DNA of 64,000 bases from Leptospiraceae bacterium (GTDB lineage Bacteria > Spirochaetota > Leptospiria > Leptospirales > Leptonemataceae): the NCBI GenBank assembly GCA_040217195.1, contig JAVJNR010000004.1:704001-768000 (forward strand), in the 5' to 3' direction. This document shows positions 10,337-19,217 of the stretch, piece after piece. Position numbers and translations under genes: made by a program. Each line of letters begins with the position of its first letter. The first letter of the stretch is position 1. The notes beneath the pieces are model-generated. The model searched no databases. It was not told the origin of the DNA and worked only from the letters and a program-made list of their open reading frames with translations.

Positions 10337-10853
10337 AATGGAACGTACCCTTCGCCGCGGCTCACTTTTCTGGATGTTCTCAGTTCTGGCTCTACCAATA
10401 ACTCTACTTTTGTTCGGTGAGACTTACTCATCCGGGCCCGCCGCCGATGACTCACCGGTTTCGCATGTATCCTTTCATTTTGCTCAGCCGGAAAATAAGG
10501 GAAGCGAATCTCCAGCAACCAACCAGCCAGCCCCGGGGGACAATCGCAGTACTTCAGCTAGAGAGGGTAAAAATCATTATTTATCCCAGGTACTTCGCAG
10601 AATTGAGAAAAATAAGAGATATCCGTTAAGAGAATTCAATGATCGTATTCAGGATTCGGTGCGAGTGCGGATGAGTATTTCCGCCACCGGCGAACTGGCC
10701 CATGCAAGCATCACTGCTCCCAGCAAGTATTCAGCTTTCAATAACGAAGCAGTCAACTGTATTCGGCGAAGCGCACCCTTTCCGCCGTTTCCATCCGAAA
10801 TGGAGCAGACATCGATTACTCTAAATTTGAAGATTGAATTTCGTCTGCGGTAA
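10323..10853 (+). CDS. tonB: Energy transducer TonB
   Basis: N-terminal TM segment, Pro-containing linker, TonB_C-like domain (KRYP...SAPFPPFP); follows exbBD. Confidence 0.85.
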   Translation: MNPNRMERTLRRGSLFWMFSVLALPITLLLFGETYSSGPAADDSPVSHVSFHFAQPENKGSESPATNQPAPGDNRSTSAREGKNHYLSQVLRRIEKNKRYPLREFNDRIQDSVRVRMSISATGELAHASITAPSKYSAFNNEAVNCIRRSAPFPPFPSEMEQTSITLNLKIEFRLR

Positions 10854-10879
10854 GATAATTTCGCGCCGGACTTACCGAA

Positions 10880-11245
10880 ATGAATGACCTGAGCACAATC
10901 GAAATCAAACCTTTCATTCCATCAAAAGACTTTGAAACCAGCAAAGACTTTTACTCGGCCCTCGGTTTCGAATGCAAATGGAGCGATAATTCTCTGGCTT
11001 ACTTTGCTTTCGAGAATACAACTTTTTTGCTCCAGAATTTCTATCTAGAAGCTCATGCAGAAAACTATATGATTCATTTACTTGTGAATTCTGCAGATGC
11101 ATGGTGGAAAAAGATCGTGGATGCAAAGCTTACGCAGCGATTCAAGATCAAGGTAACAAAACCCCAGGATCAGGAATGGGGCATTCGAGACTTTGTCCTC
11201 ATCGATCCCAGTGGTGTACTGTGGCGCATTGGAAATAACATCTAA
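10880..11245 (+). CDS. VOC/glyoxalase/bleomycin-resistance family protein
   Basis: PFIPSKDFETSKDFYSALGF and QEWGIRDFVLIDPSGVLWRI. Confidence 0.88.
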   Translation: MNDLSTIEIKPFIPSKDFETSKDFYSALGFECKWSDNSLAYFAFENTTFLLQNFYLEAHAENYMIHLLVNSADAWWKKIVDAKLTQRFKIKVTKPQDQEWGIRDFVLIDPSGVLWRIGNNI

Positions 11246-11418
11246 GGCCAATCCAGTGATACCTGGATTCGAAGCGGCCTGGACAATCCCTTCCTCTGTT
11301 CCCTGACATATGCCCGCCTGGCCTGTGTATCCATTGAGCCGCGTAACGAATTGCCATCACAGTCTTTCTGGCATGGTTTCTTTCCCGGGCGAATAGAATC
11401 ACCTGGTTTCAATCTTTA

Positions 11419-11442
11419 AACGGGGCCACTGAGGACCCCGTT
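11419..11442. terminator. Hairpin between convergent genes, probable terminator
   Basis: aacgggg-ccactgagga-ccccgtt. Confidence 0.45.
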
Positions 11443-11477
11443 CATAGCAAGTTGCTCAAACCCGCGACCGGGGTTGC

Positions 11478-12083
11478 TCAGTTCGTGATCTGCAGAGTGG
11501 GACGCGGATCCCCGGAATCCAGGGGCTGTGGCGCGCCCGGTGAGGCAGTACCTGTGCCAGTATAGATTTGAATCTGATATGTCCCGGCCTGAAGAAAGTC
11601 AATATAGCGAGGCGATGAACTTTCATCGGTCTGACTATAGTGGGTACCCTCCGAGGCAGCTGGTGCAGTGGTCAGATCGGTGGGACATCCGGATGCCTGT
11701 ACAGCTGCAGAAATCACCCTGGAACTGGTTCCAATTTTGGCAAAATTCTTAATCTCCAGCCTGGTCCCCACCGAAGCGCTGACCTGAATCAGGACACTGT
11801 AATCGCTGGTAGAGTTCACTCCCGAACCGTGGTCGGTGAACATTTCCTGCTCCGTTCCCGAAGCAGTGTAAAGAACTCGGGTTCCAGTCGTTGTACCACC
11901 TCCTCCACTGGAACTGGTCACCTCACAATTCTGTGGAGGCACAACGGCCGTTGCCAGAGCAACCAGAGCCATCATTTCATCGTTGCTGTCTTCCTCTTGC
12001 AGACCCAGCAGTTCGCAACCAACTGAGCTGTACAGTGCCATAACCAGTATGGCGGTAAGCTGAGATAATCTTCTTGTAGTCAT
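11478..12083 (-). CDS. Orphan lipoprotein divergent from hmuT
   Basis: ATG at 12083 follows GGAG. Lipoprotein signal MTTRRLSQLTAILVMALYSSVGC; Ser/Thr/Gly-rich beta-type mature region. Confidence 0.8.
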   Translation of the reverse strand: MTTRRLSQLTAILVMALYSSVGCELLGLQEEDSNDEMMALVALATAVVPPQNCEVTSSSGGGGTTTGTRVLYTASGTEQEMFTDHGSGVNSTSDYSVLIQVSASVGTRLEIKNFAKIGTSSRVISAAVQASGCPTDLTTAPAASEGTHYSQTDESSSPRYIDFLQAGTYQIQIYTGTGTASPGAPQPLDSGDPRPTLQITN

Positions 12084-12102
12084 TTTGACTCTCCTATTAT
12101 TC

Positions 12103-12117
12103 TGAGATTGCGTCTCA
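12103..12117. promoter_or_regulatory. Fur-like palindromic operator 2
   Basis: TGAGATT-G-CGTCTCA, about 20 nt upstream of the lipoprotein ATG. Confidence 0.7.
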
Positions 12118-12152
12118 ATATCGTACAGCATCTACGCTGTCACCAATTTTTC

Positions 12153-12167
12153 TGAGACTCATTCTCA
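12153..12167. promoter_or_regulatory. Fur-like palindromic operator 3
   Basis: TGAGACT-C-ATTCTCA, just upstream of a TTGTCA -35-like hexamer preceding hmuT. Confidence 0.75.
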
Positions 12168-12210
12168 TTCTCGCTTGTCAAAAAAAGGCCCCTTTCATTC
12201 CGTGGGCCTC

Positions 12211-13059
12211 ATGCTACAGAAATCATTGAAACTGAACCTGGCAGTGTGCCTTTCGGCCCTGCTCTTTTTGGCCTCCCCATTATTTGCAGAAGCTCCTGCA
12301 CGGATTGTATCTCTGAACGGAAGTATGACGGAGATCTTATTTGCTATTGGTGCCGGTAACCAGGTGGTAGGTGTGGACACTTCATCTATTCATCCGCCTT
12401 CCGCTCAGAAGCTTCCCAAAGTAGGATATCAAAGAAGCATTTCAGCGGAAGGAGTCCTGTCGCTTAAGCCGGATTTGATTATTGGAACGGCGGAGGCCGG
12501 GCCACCACCTGTACTTCAGCAATTGCGCTCCAGTGGAGTGAATCTGATTCTATTTGAGGATAAGTGGACTCCAGAATCTACTTATGCGAAAATCCTGTTT
12601 GCCGGAAAGCATTCAGGACATGAAACCGAAGCAAGGGCTCTGGTTTCCAGAATGAAAGACTCCATTGCCAACCTCAAGAGACCTTCGCGCAAATGGAAGG
12701 TTCTGTTTATCTATGCACGGGGCCCGGGTATGGTTCAGGTATCCGGCACAGAAACCCAGGCTCATGGAATGATTGAACTGGCAGGCGCCACAAATGCAGT
12801 CACAGGATTCCAGGGGTTTCGCCCTCTCACTTCTGAAGCCATGGTAGGTGCCAATCCGGAAGTGATTTTAATCCCTACTCGAGCACTGGAAAGCATTGGA
12901 GGTGTAGATGGACTTCTTCGAATTCCAGGAATTGCACTAACAGATGCAGGTAAGAACCGGCGAATTATTTCCATGGATGATCTGCTACTACTGGGCTTTT
13001 CTTCCAGGCTTCATATTGCATTAGAAGAACTGGTTTCGCAGCTTGCAAATTTGAAATGA
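12211..13059 (+). CDS. hmuT: Hemin ABC transporter substrate-binding protein
   Basis: RIVSLNGSMTEILFAIG, VGVDTSS, VGYQRSISAEG (heme-ligating Tyr of the HmuT/ChuT type); signal peptide. Confidence 0.9.
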   Translation: MLQKSLKLNLAVCLSALLFLASPLFAEAPARIVSLNGSMTEILFAIGAGNQVVGVDTSSIHPPSAQKLPKVGYQRSISAEGVLSLKPDLIIGTAEAGPPPVLQQLRSSGVNLILFEDKWTPESTYAKILFAGKHSGHETEARALVSRMKDSIANLKRPSRKWKVLFIYARGPGMVQVSGTETQAHGMIELAGATNAVTGFQGFRPLTSEAMVGANPEVILIPTRALESIGGVDGLLRIPGIALTDAGKNRRIISMDDLLLLGFSSRLHIALEELVSQLANLK

Positions 13060-14081
13060 GACTTCCTGGCCACATACTGATTGCGAGTCCGGGCATCCTT
13101 TTGCTCATCGCCGGTGCCATCACATCCATGTGTATGGGAGCTTTTTCCATTCCTGTGGCCTGGATACCGGGGCTGCTATTGGGCGAAGGCTCCGGCGATC
13201 AGGCCATGGCTTACCAGGTATTATGGGCCATTCGACTTCCCAGGGTAATCCTTGCAGTGTTCATGGGCGGAGCCCTGGGTTTTTCCGGAGCTCTGATGCA
13301 GGGACTGTTTCGCAATCCGATTGTGGATCCAGGTTTGATTGGTATCTCCTCTGGATCCGCATTGCTTGCAGCAATATCCATAGTGCTGGGCTCTCAATTT
13401 CCATTACTGCAGGGAAATGCTGCACTTTCCATCGCCGCATTTCTTGGCGGAGTGGGCACTTGCTTTTTAGTATACGTCATTTCCACCGGATCCGGTCGAA
13501 CCAGTGTAGCCACTCTATTGTTATCCGGTGTGGCTATTATGGCTCTGGCAGAAGCTTTCATCGGCTTTTTAACGTTTCTCGCAGACGATGATCAACTCAG
13601 GGACCTGACCTTCTGGAGAATGGGCAGTTTAAGCGGTGCTACCTGGCAGAAGCTTCCCTATGTGCTACCGGTCCTGGCTCTTCCGTTGGTAACGTTTCCA
13701 TTTCTTGGAAAAGGATTGAATGCACTTTCTCTGGGAGAACGGGAAGCGGCCCATCTGGGACTGCCTGTGGAACGATTCAAGCAGGGTCTGGTAGTGATAG
13801 CAGGCCTTTGCGTAGGAGCCGGTGTGGCTGTGGCTGGAATCATAGTATTCGTAGGCCTTGTTGTTCCCCATCTGGTTCGCCTGGCCACTGGACCGGATCA
13901 TCGCACACTATTGCCTTATAGTTTCCTACTCGGATCCATTGTACTTACTTTTGCCGATCTTCTGGCAAGGACTGTTGTTGCACCCTCTGAATTGCCCATA
14001 GGAATCATCACGGCCTTTCTGGGTGCTCCTTTTTTTCTATACCTCATTCAGCGAAGAAAAGGAGAACTATCGTGGGCCTGA
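13056..14081 (+). CDS. hmuU: Hemin ABC transporter permease (FecCD family)
   Basis: IRLPRV, QGLFRNPIVDPGLIGISSG, LGEREAAHLG, FVGLVVPHLVR, ELPIGIITAFLGAPFF. Confidence 0.93.
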   Translation: MRLPGHILIASPGILLLIAGAITSMCMGAFSIPVAWIPGLLLGEGSGDQAMAYQVLWAIRLPRVILAVFMGGALGFSGALMQGLFRNPIVDPGLIGISSGSALLAAISIVLGSQFPLLQGNAALSIAAFLGGVGTCFLVYVISTGSGRTSVATLLLSGVAIMALAEAFIGFLTFLADDDQLRDLTFWRMGSLSGATWQKLPYVLPVLALPLVTFPFLGKGLNALSLGEREAAHLGLPVERFKQGLVVIAGLCVGAGVAVAGIIVFVGLVVPHLVRLATGPDHRTLLPYSFLLGSIVLTFADLLARTVVAPSELPIGIITAFLGAPFFLYLIQRRKGELSWA

Positions 14082-15955
14082 TACTGAACAAAGTAAGCTA
14101 CAGCGCCGGAAGCAGGAGCATATTAGAACAGGTTAGTCTGGAAATTCATCCCGGTGAGTTACATGTGTTGCTGGGCCCCAACGGAGCCGGAAAATCAACT
14201 CTACTGGGACTACTAACCGGTGACCTGAAGCCATCCAGCGGCACAGTACAGCTGGATGATATTTCCCTGCAGGAGTATCGTTCCAGGGAATTGGCCAGAC
14301 GTCGGGCCGTTCTGCTTCAGGCCAGTGTGGTGCCTTTCGCATACAGAGCAGAAGAGATCGTAAAACTTGGACGATTACCTCATACGGATCCAGGGCTGGA
14401 TGATTGGGCTGTGGCCAGGTCGCTGCAAAGAACAGAGTCCACTGCATTCAGCCAGCAATCCTATTTAACTTTATCCGGCGGGGAAAAGCAAAGAATCCAG
14501 CTTTCCCGGGTATTGTGTCAACTGGAAGGTCAAAACGGTACATCCTATATGCTTCTGGACGAGCCAGTCACAGGATTGGATATGAAGCATCAATTGCAGA
14601 TGTTGGAGATTGCGCGAAGAAAGGCCGAAGAAGGCACCGGGGTGTTTTTGATCCTCCACGATCCAGGGCTGGCTGCTCGGTATGCCCATCGAATCACACT
14701 TCTAAAATCGGGGCATGTTCTGTCTTCTGGTTCTCCTTGCGAAACTCTAAACGAAGAAAGTCTGAGCAATCTATACGACGTTAGAATCCAGGTCTTTCAG
14801 GATGAGCTGGGAATCCAGGCGATAATTCCTGCAGGAATGCACAACGGAAAGGAAAACTCGAACCGATTACTTCAATCGAATGAAAGAAATTCAAAATCAA
14901 AAACAGACAAGGAGACTGAGATGAATGAATTAAAACAAAAGTGGGATGCTCTCAAAGAAGAAAATCCACGTCTTCGAATTCGCGACGCGGCCACAAAACT
15001 GGGAGTAAGCGAAATGGAGCTACTGGCCACAAGAAAGGACGATGTTACCTATCTTCGACCAGAATTTGCCGAGATCATGTCAGAGGTAGGCACGCTGGGA
15101 AAAGTGATGGCACTAACCAGAAATGAAGCCTGCGTTCATGAAAGAAAAGGAGTCTATGACAATATTTCTGCCAAGGGCCCCACAGGACTGGTGGTTGGTC
15201 CGGACATCGATCTTCGAATATTCTACTCCGGATGGAAACATGCATTCGCAGTAAACGATGTGATTCGCGGCGAAGCTCGATCAAGTCTTCAATTTTTTGA
15301 CGGACATGGAAGAGCGCTTCATAAGATCTACGAAACCGAGTCATCCAATAAGGGAGCGCTTGCACGACTGGCTGAGAAATTCAAGAATGAAGACCAGACT
15401 ATGCAATTCCAGGTATCTCCGGTGCCGGCTCCCACTCCTCTAATCGAACAATATGGTAACGTGGACAAAACTGAATTTCTTTCGGATTGGGCTGCACTAA
15501 AAGATACTCATGAATTCTTCAGCATGCTCAAGAAACATGACTGCCATAGATTCCAGGCCATGGAACTGGCAGAAGGTCAGTTCACAACTCTATTGAATAA
15601 TCAAGCACCTACCAGGATGCTCGAACTGGCTGCAGAAAAAGAGCAAGAGATCATGGTATTTGTAGGAAGCCCCGGTCTGATTCAGATCCATACAGGCCCG
15701 GTAACAAACATCAAGCCTTTGAATGAATGGATTAACGTCATGGATCCGGATTTCAACCTGCATCTTCGCACCGATCTGATTCAGAAAGTCTACCTGGTAG
15801 AAAAGCCTACAGAGGATGGCACTGTAACCTCTGTGGAATGCTTCGATGAAAACGGTGACATGATCGTTCAGTTCTTTGGAAAAAGAAAACCAGGGCAGAT
15901 AGAGCAGAGCACCTGGACTGACCTGGCTCATTCACTGAAAGCTGTGGGGGTGTAA
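14072..15955 (+). CDS. hmuV: Hemin ABC ATPase HmuV fused in frame to a HemS/ChuS heme-handling protein
   Basis: aa 1-~255: GPNGAGKST, LSGGEKQR, LLDEP, ILHD. aa 284-627: HemS/ChuS (RIRDAATKLGVSE, LTRNEACVHE, IDLR, DTHEFF, LIQIHTG, FNLHLR, QFFGKRKPG). No stop codon lies between them. Confidence 0.9.
   Translation: MGLILNKVSYSAGSRSILEQVSLEIHPGELHVLLGPNGAGKSTLLGLLTGDLKPSSGTVQLDDISLQEYRSRELARRRAVLLQASVVPFAYRAEEIVKLGRLPHTDPGLDDWAVARSLQRTESTAFSQQSYLTLSGGEKQRIQLSRVLCQLEGQNGTSYMLLDEPVTGLDMKHQLQMLEIARRKAEEGTGVFLILHDPGLAARYAHRITLLKSGHVLSSGSPCETLNEESLSNLYDVRIQVFQDELGIQAIIPAGMHNGKENSNRLLQSNERNSKSKTDKETEMNELKQKWDALKEENPRLRIRDAATKLGVSEMELLATRKDDVTYLRPEFAEIMSEVGTLGKVMALTRNEACVHERKGVYDNISAKGPTGLVVGPDIDLRIFYSGWKHAFAVNDVIRGEARSSLQFFDGHGRALHKIYETESSNKGALARLAEKFKNEDQTMQFQVSPVPAPTPLIEQYGNVDKTEFLSDWAALKDTHEFFSMLKKHDCHRFQAMELAEGQFTTLLNNQAPTRMLELAAEKEQEIMVFVGSPGLIQIHTGPVTNIKPLNEWINVMDPDFNLHLRTDLIQKVYLVEKPTEDGTVTSVECFDENGDMIVQFFGKRKPGQIEQSTWTDLAHSLKAVGV
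14921..15955 (+). CDS. hemS: HemS/ChuS domain with its own internal in-frame start
   Basis: AAGGAG at 14909-14914, 6 nt spacer, ATG at 14921 exactly at the HemS N-terminus (MNELKQKWDALKEENPRLR). Confidence 0.75.
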   Translation: MNELKQKWDALKEENPRLRIRDAATKLGVSEMELLATRKDDVTYLRPEFAEIMSEVGTLGKVMALTRNEACVHERKGVYDNISAKGPTGLVVGPDIDLRIFYSGWKHAFAVNDVIRGEARSSLQFFDGHGRALHKIYETESSNKGALARLAEKFKNEDQTMQFQVSPVPAPTPLIEQYGNVDKTEFLSDWAALKDTHEFFSMLKKHDCHRFQAMELAEGQFTTLLNNQAPTRMLELAAEKEQEIMVFVGSPGLIQIHTGPVTNIKPLNEWINVMDPDFNLHLRTDLIQKVYLVEKPTEDGTVTSVECFDENGDMIVQFFGKRKPGQIEQSTWTDLAHSLKAVGV

Positions 15956-15993
15956 TCGGATGGCCAGCCACAGCCCTTCTATCCGCTCATTCG

Positions 15994-16010
15994 GTGAGAA
16001 TGAGTCTCAC
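15994..16010. promoter_or_regulatory. Fur-like palindromic operator 4 (upstream of hmuY-like gene and receptor)
   Basis: GTGAGAAT-G-AGTCTCAC, an 8-1-8 inverted repeat with one mismatch. Confidence 0.75.
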
Positions 16011-16169
16011 AGTCAAAACTGGCTATCCCGGGAAATCGATCAAGGGGGGGCCTGGGCCTCCGTTGATCTAGAAAGGAAATTTGCGTCGCCTGGCCAGAAA
16101 GGCTGCAACCAAAGAAACGGTGGCTGCGGCGGGCCTTGCCGATCCAGGCATAGCTCGGCCAGTCTGGCA

Positions 16170-16823
16170 ATGCTCATCCTTCTACTGGTAGGATCTTCAT
16201 TTCTGATCTCACAATGCAGGCATCCGGCCCATGACAACCAACTCCAGGGCCTGCTGGATTCGGTACTTGAAATCGACTCGGAGGCGGGCACCGGATCCTG
16301 TACTACCACCGTTCAGTCCGGATTTAATCGGACAATCGTCCAGGCAACGTCTCAGCTAGAATGGACACATTGCGACTTGAATATTGGAGCTACGACTCTG
16401 GCAGGCGGCCCATGGGATATGCGATTTCGCCGATTCGGCGTGGGAACCAATGGCGGAACGTCCGGTTCAGGAAGCGGAGCCAGCTGCAATACAGGACTAA
16501 CAAACCTGGCGGCGGTTAACTCATTCTCTCAATTTTCATCTGGGACTTCTGGATTTTGCCCCAACCTGGTAAGCGATACAAACCTGTCCACTTCAGGCGG
16601 CGGAGGTGGAGGGAGCGGTAGCACAAGCTTCAGCGGTTCCCCGGTCATGCTGGAATGGTACGCGTACGACAGTGAAACGCATGTACTGAGTAGCAAAGGA
16701 GAGGTATACGTTATTCGAGCATCGGATAGCGGAGATTACTACGCTGTGCAGTTCCATGATTACTACTCGGATGCAGGCACATCCGCCTACCCCACAATTG
16801 ACTGGAAAAGGATCGATCCATGA
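16170..16823 (+). CDS. HmuY-family heme-binding lipoprotein; start uncertain (ORF extends to 15960)
   Basis: Lipobox LISQC; WDMRFRR..VGTNGGTSG.G; WYAYDSETH; VYVIR...YYAVQFHDYYSDAGTSAYPT. Confidence 0.85.
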   Translation: MLILLLVGSSFLISQCRHPAHDNQLQGLLDSVLEIDSEAGTGSCTTTVQSGFNRTIVQATSQLEWTHCDLNIGATTLAGGPWDMRFRRFGVGTNGGTSGSGSGASCNTGLTNLAAVNSFSQFSSGTSGFCPNLVSDTNLSTSGGGGGGSGSTSFSGSPVMLEWYAYDSETHVLSSKGEVYVIRASDSGDYYAVQFHDYYSDAGTSAYPTIDWKRIDP

Positions 16824-19132
16824 TTTCTGGAAATTCAAGATCTGTTGATCGATATTCTGCAGACTCTTCGCAGACGGCTCTCCATAGATCCAGAGCTATG
16901 TCGAAAACAATACAATGGAAAGCAAGACATTGCAAAGCAAACAGCCGCGGAGGTAAAGCTTGCCCTGCTATTTTCATTCTAGTTTCAATTCTTTGCTCTG
17001 CTTCGGTTTTAATGGCCGAGGAAACCGAGGATGCAACCATCGTGGTTACTGGAGATAAACGTCCAAGGCCTGTAAGCGAATCCATAACTCGTACAGAAGT
17101 AGTAAACCGAAAGCAAATTGAACAGCAGGGCTCCAGAAACCTCTCAGATGTTTTGAAAAGCCAGCCGGGAATCGAGGTCCGCGAAGGGATTCGAGGTCAG
17201 GAGATTCGAATGCAGGGACTGGATCCGGAATACGTGCTCATCCTAATTGACGGAAATCGGCTGACCGGGCGTATAGATGGGGCCATAGATCTGAGTCGAA
17301 TCAAAGCAGAAGAGATCGAAAGAATTGAAATCATTAAAGGACCTGCCTCAGCACTGTATGGTTCTGAAGCCATGGCCGGAGTGATCAACATAATTACTCG
17401 AAGAAGCGAAAGCCCATTCTTTGCCCAGGCAGAGATGCAGTACGGAAGCGGCCGAGACTTACATTTTGGTTCAGGAAATGAAACCCATGCAAGTGTGGCT
17501 CTGGGCACCAGTCGTGAAAACTTCTCCAACATGTTTATTGCCGGCTGGCATCGCAGCGATGGGTACGATCTAAATCCAGAGTCAGACAGGACGAAGGAAG
17601 CTAGAATTCTGGGCAGATTCATTCCTGGATTTGAGGATGAAGAAATTCCATCTACGGAAGACCAAACCGGTAGTGCCTTTCGCGATCTAAATCTTTCCGA
17701 CCGCTTCAGATATTCTATTCAGGAGAACTGGGAAGTGGATGGAAGCCTATCATACAGATACCTGGACCAAGAGATTGTGGATTTTTCTCCTCCGCGAGCT
17801 GTTTTGGATCGCAGGAATGAAACCCATGATGCCCAGGCAGCTATCTCAACCAGGTACGAATGGAGCTATCCCACGGCATTGAGTCTCCACTACTCCCATG
17901 CACGTTTCGAGGATACTCTAAACATCGATCAGCGTCGCTCCGATGATCTGGATTCAGAAGAAACCCAGGAGGATCGCACCCATGAGTTAAGAGCTCAGCT
18001 GGACTACGGACTGGGAAATCACGTATTAACGGCCGGTCTGGAAGGCCTGATCGAAGAGTATGTCTCGCCGCGAATCGAGGGTAGTGGCTATGGATACAGG
18101 CAGAGGACGGCAGGTTTTTTGCAGGATGAATGGCAACCCCTGGATGCACTGTTTTATGTAACTCCTGGAGTTCGATTCGAACATGATTCTCAGTTTGGCT
18201 CTCAGGCTCTGCCCCGTCTTTCTGCGCGATGGGATCCGGCGGACAAATGGACTTTGCGTATGGGTGCAGGCCAGGGATATAGAGCGCCCTCGTTTAAGGA
18301 TCTATACTTTGCTTTTCAGAATCCAGGGGTTGGCTATCAGGTTGTGGGGAATCCAGACCTGGAACCGGAGAAATCCAATGGATACAATGCTTCTGTAGAC
18401 TATGCTGCCACGGAATGGCTCTGGCTCTCGGTAAGCGGATTCTACAATTCGATAACAAACCTGATCGATTTTCGTCGTCTGCCAGATAGAAGCGATGATC
18501 TTACAACCTATCAAACCGTGAATATTTCAAAGGCCTTTACCCGTGGCCTGGAAACCATGGCAGAATTCCGATTCGCAAAGAACTGGGTGGCCGGACTGGG
18601 CTACACTTTCACCGATACCTACGATAAAGTGCAGGAAGTGCCCCTGGAAGGAAGGGCCCGGCACCGAGGTTTCTATTCCTTGAGCTATTCCCCGGAAACT
18701 GGATTTGGTTTTTCCCTTCGCGGACACATAGAAGGTCATCAGCCATTCTACTATGAAAAGGATGCATTGCTCACTTTTCAAAACCGACGATTCGAGCTGG
18801 ATACAAGTGTAGTGTTACCTGCACTTTATCAGAATCGAGAATTCACCCTGGTAGATCTGGATCCTGATACACCGGACTACGGATACTATATGGCAAATGC
18901 TAATCACACCCTGGACGTTCGAGTGCGATATCGCTTCTGGGATTACTACGAGGCTTTCGCAGGAGTGGACAATGTATTTGACCACTACGATGCTGTGCTG
19001 GATTCCAGAAGACCCAGGTTCATATACGCCGGAATCAAGATGACTGTAGAAACAGCACCTTCCCGTTCGCTTCCATCCGAGCCGGAACCTGTTAAGCCTG
19101 CTGGAGACATCGAATTGCTGGAAGAACCTTGA
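16820..19132 (+). CDS. TonB-dependent heme receptor (HbpA-like)
   Basis: TonB box TIVVTG, plug motif IERIEIIKGPASALYGSEAMAGVINIIT, YRAP...NPDL motif pair; coupled to hmuY by ATGA overlap. Confidence 0.9.
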   Translation: MISGNSRSVDRYSADSSQTALHRSRAMSKTIQWKARHCKANSRGGKACPAIFILVSILCSASVLMAEETEDATIVVTGDKRPRPVSESITRTEVVNRKQIEQQGSRNLSDVLKSQPGIEVREGIRGQEIRMQGLDPEYVLILIDGNRLTGRIDGAIDLSRIKAEEIERIEIIKGPASALYGSEAMAGVINIITRRSESPFFAQAEMQYGSGRDLHFGSGNETHASVALGTSRENFSNMFIAGWHRSDGYDLNPESDRTKEARILGRFIPGFEDEEIPSTEDQTGSAFRDLNLSDRFRYSIQENWEVDGSLSYRYLDQEIVDFSPPRAVLDRRNETHDAQAAISTRYEWSYPTALSLHYSHARFEDTLNIDQRRSDDLDSEETQEDRTHELRAQLDYGLGNHVLTAGLEGLIEEYVSPRIEGSGYGYRQRTAGFLQDEWQPLDALFYVTPGVRFEHDSQFGSQALPRLSARWDPADKWTLRMGAGQGYRAPSFKDLYFAFQNPGVGYQVVGNPDLEPEKSNGYNASVDYAATEWLWLSVSGFYNSITNLIDFRRLPDRSDDLTTYQTVNISKAFTRGLETMAEFRFAKNWVAGLGYTFTDTYDKVQEVPLEGRARHRGFYSLSYSPETGFGFSLRGHIEGHQPFYYEKDALLTFQNRRFELDTSVVLPALYQNREFTLVDLDPDTPDYGYYMANANHTLDVRVRYRFWDYYEAFAGVDNVFDHYDAVLDSRRPRFIYAGIKMTVETAPSRSLPSEPEPVKPAGDIELLEEP

Positions 19133-19217
19133 AAGGGTAATGAGCTTTTGCCCTTTTTACAGGGCATAGACTCTGCTATACGATCAGCGAATTTCCCTGG
19201 AAGCAGACGTGGGTCTG

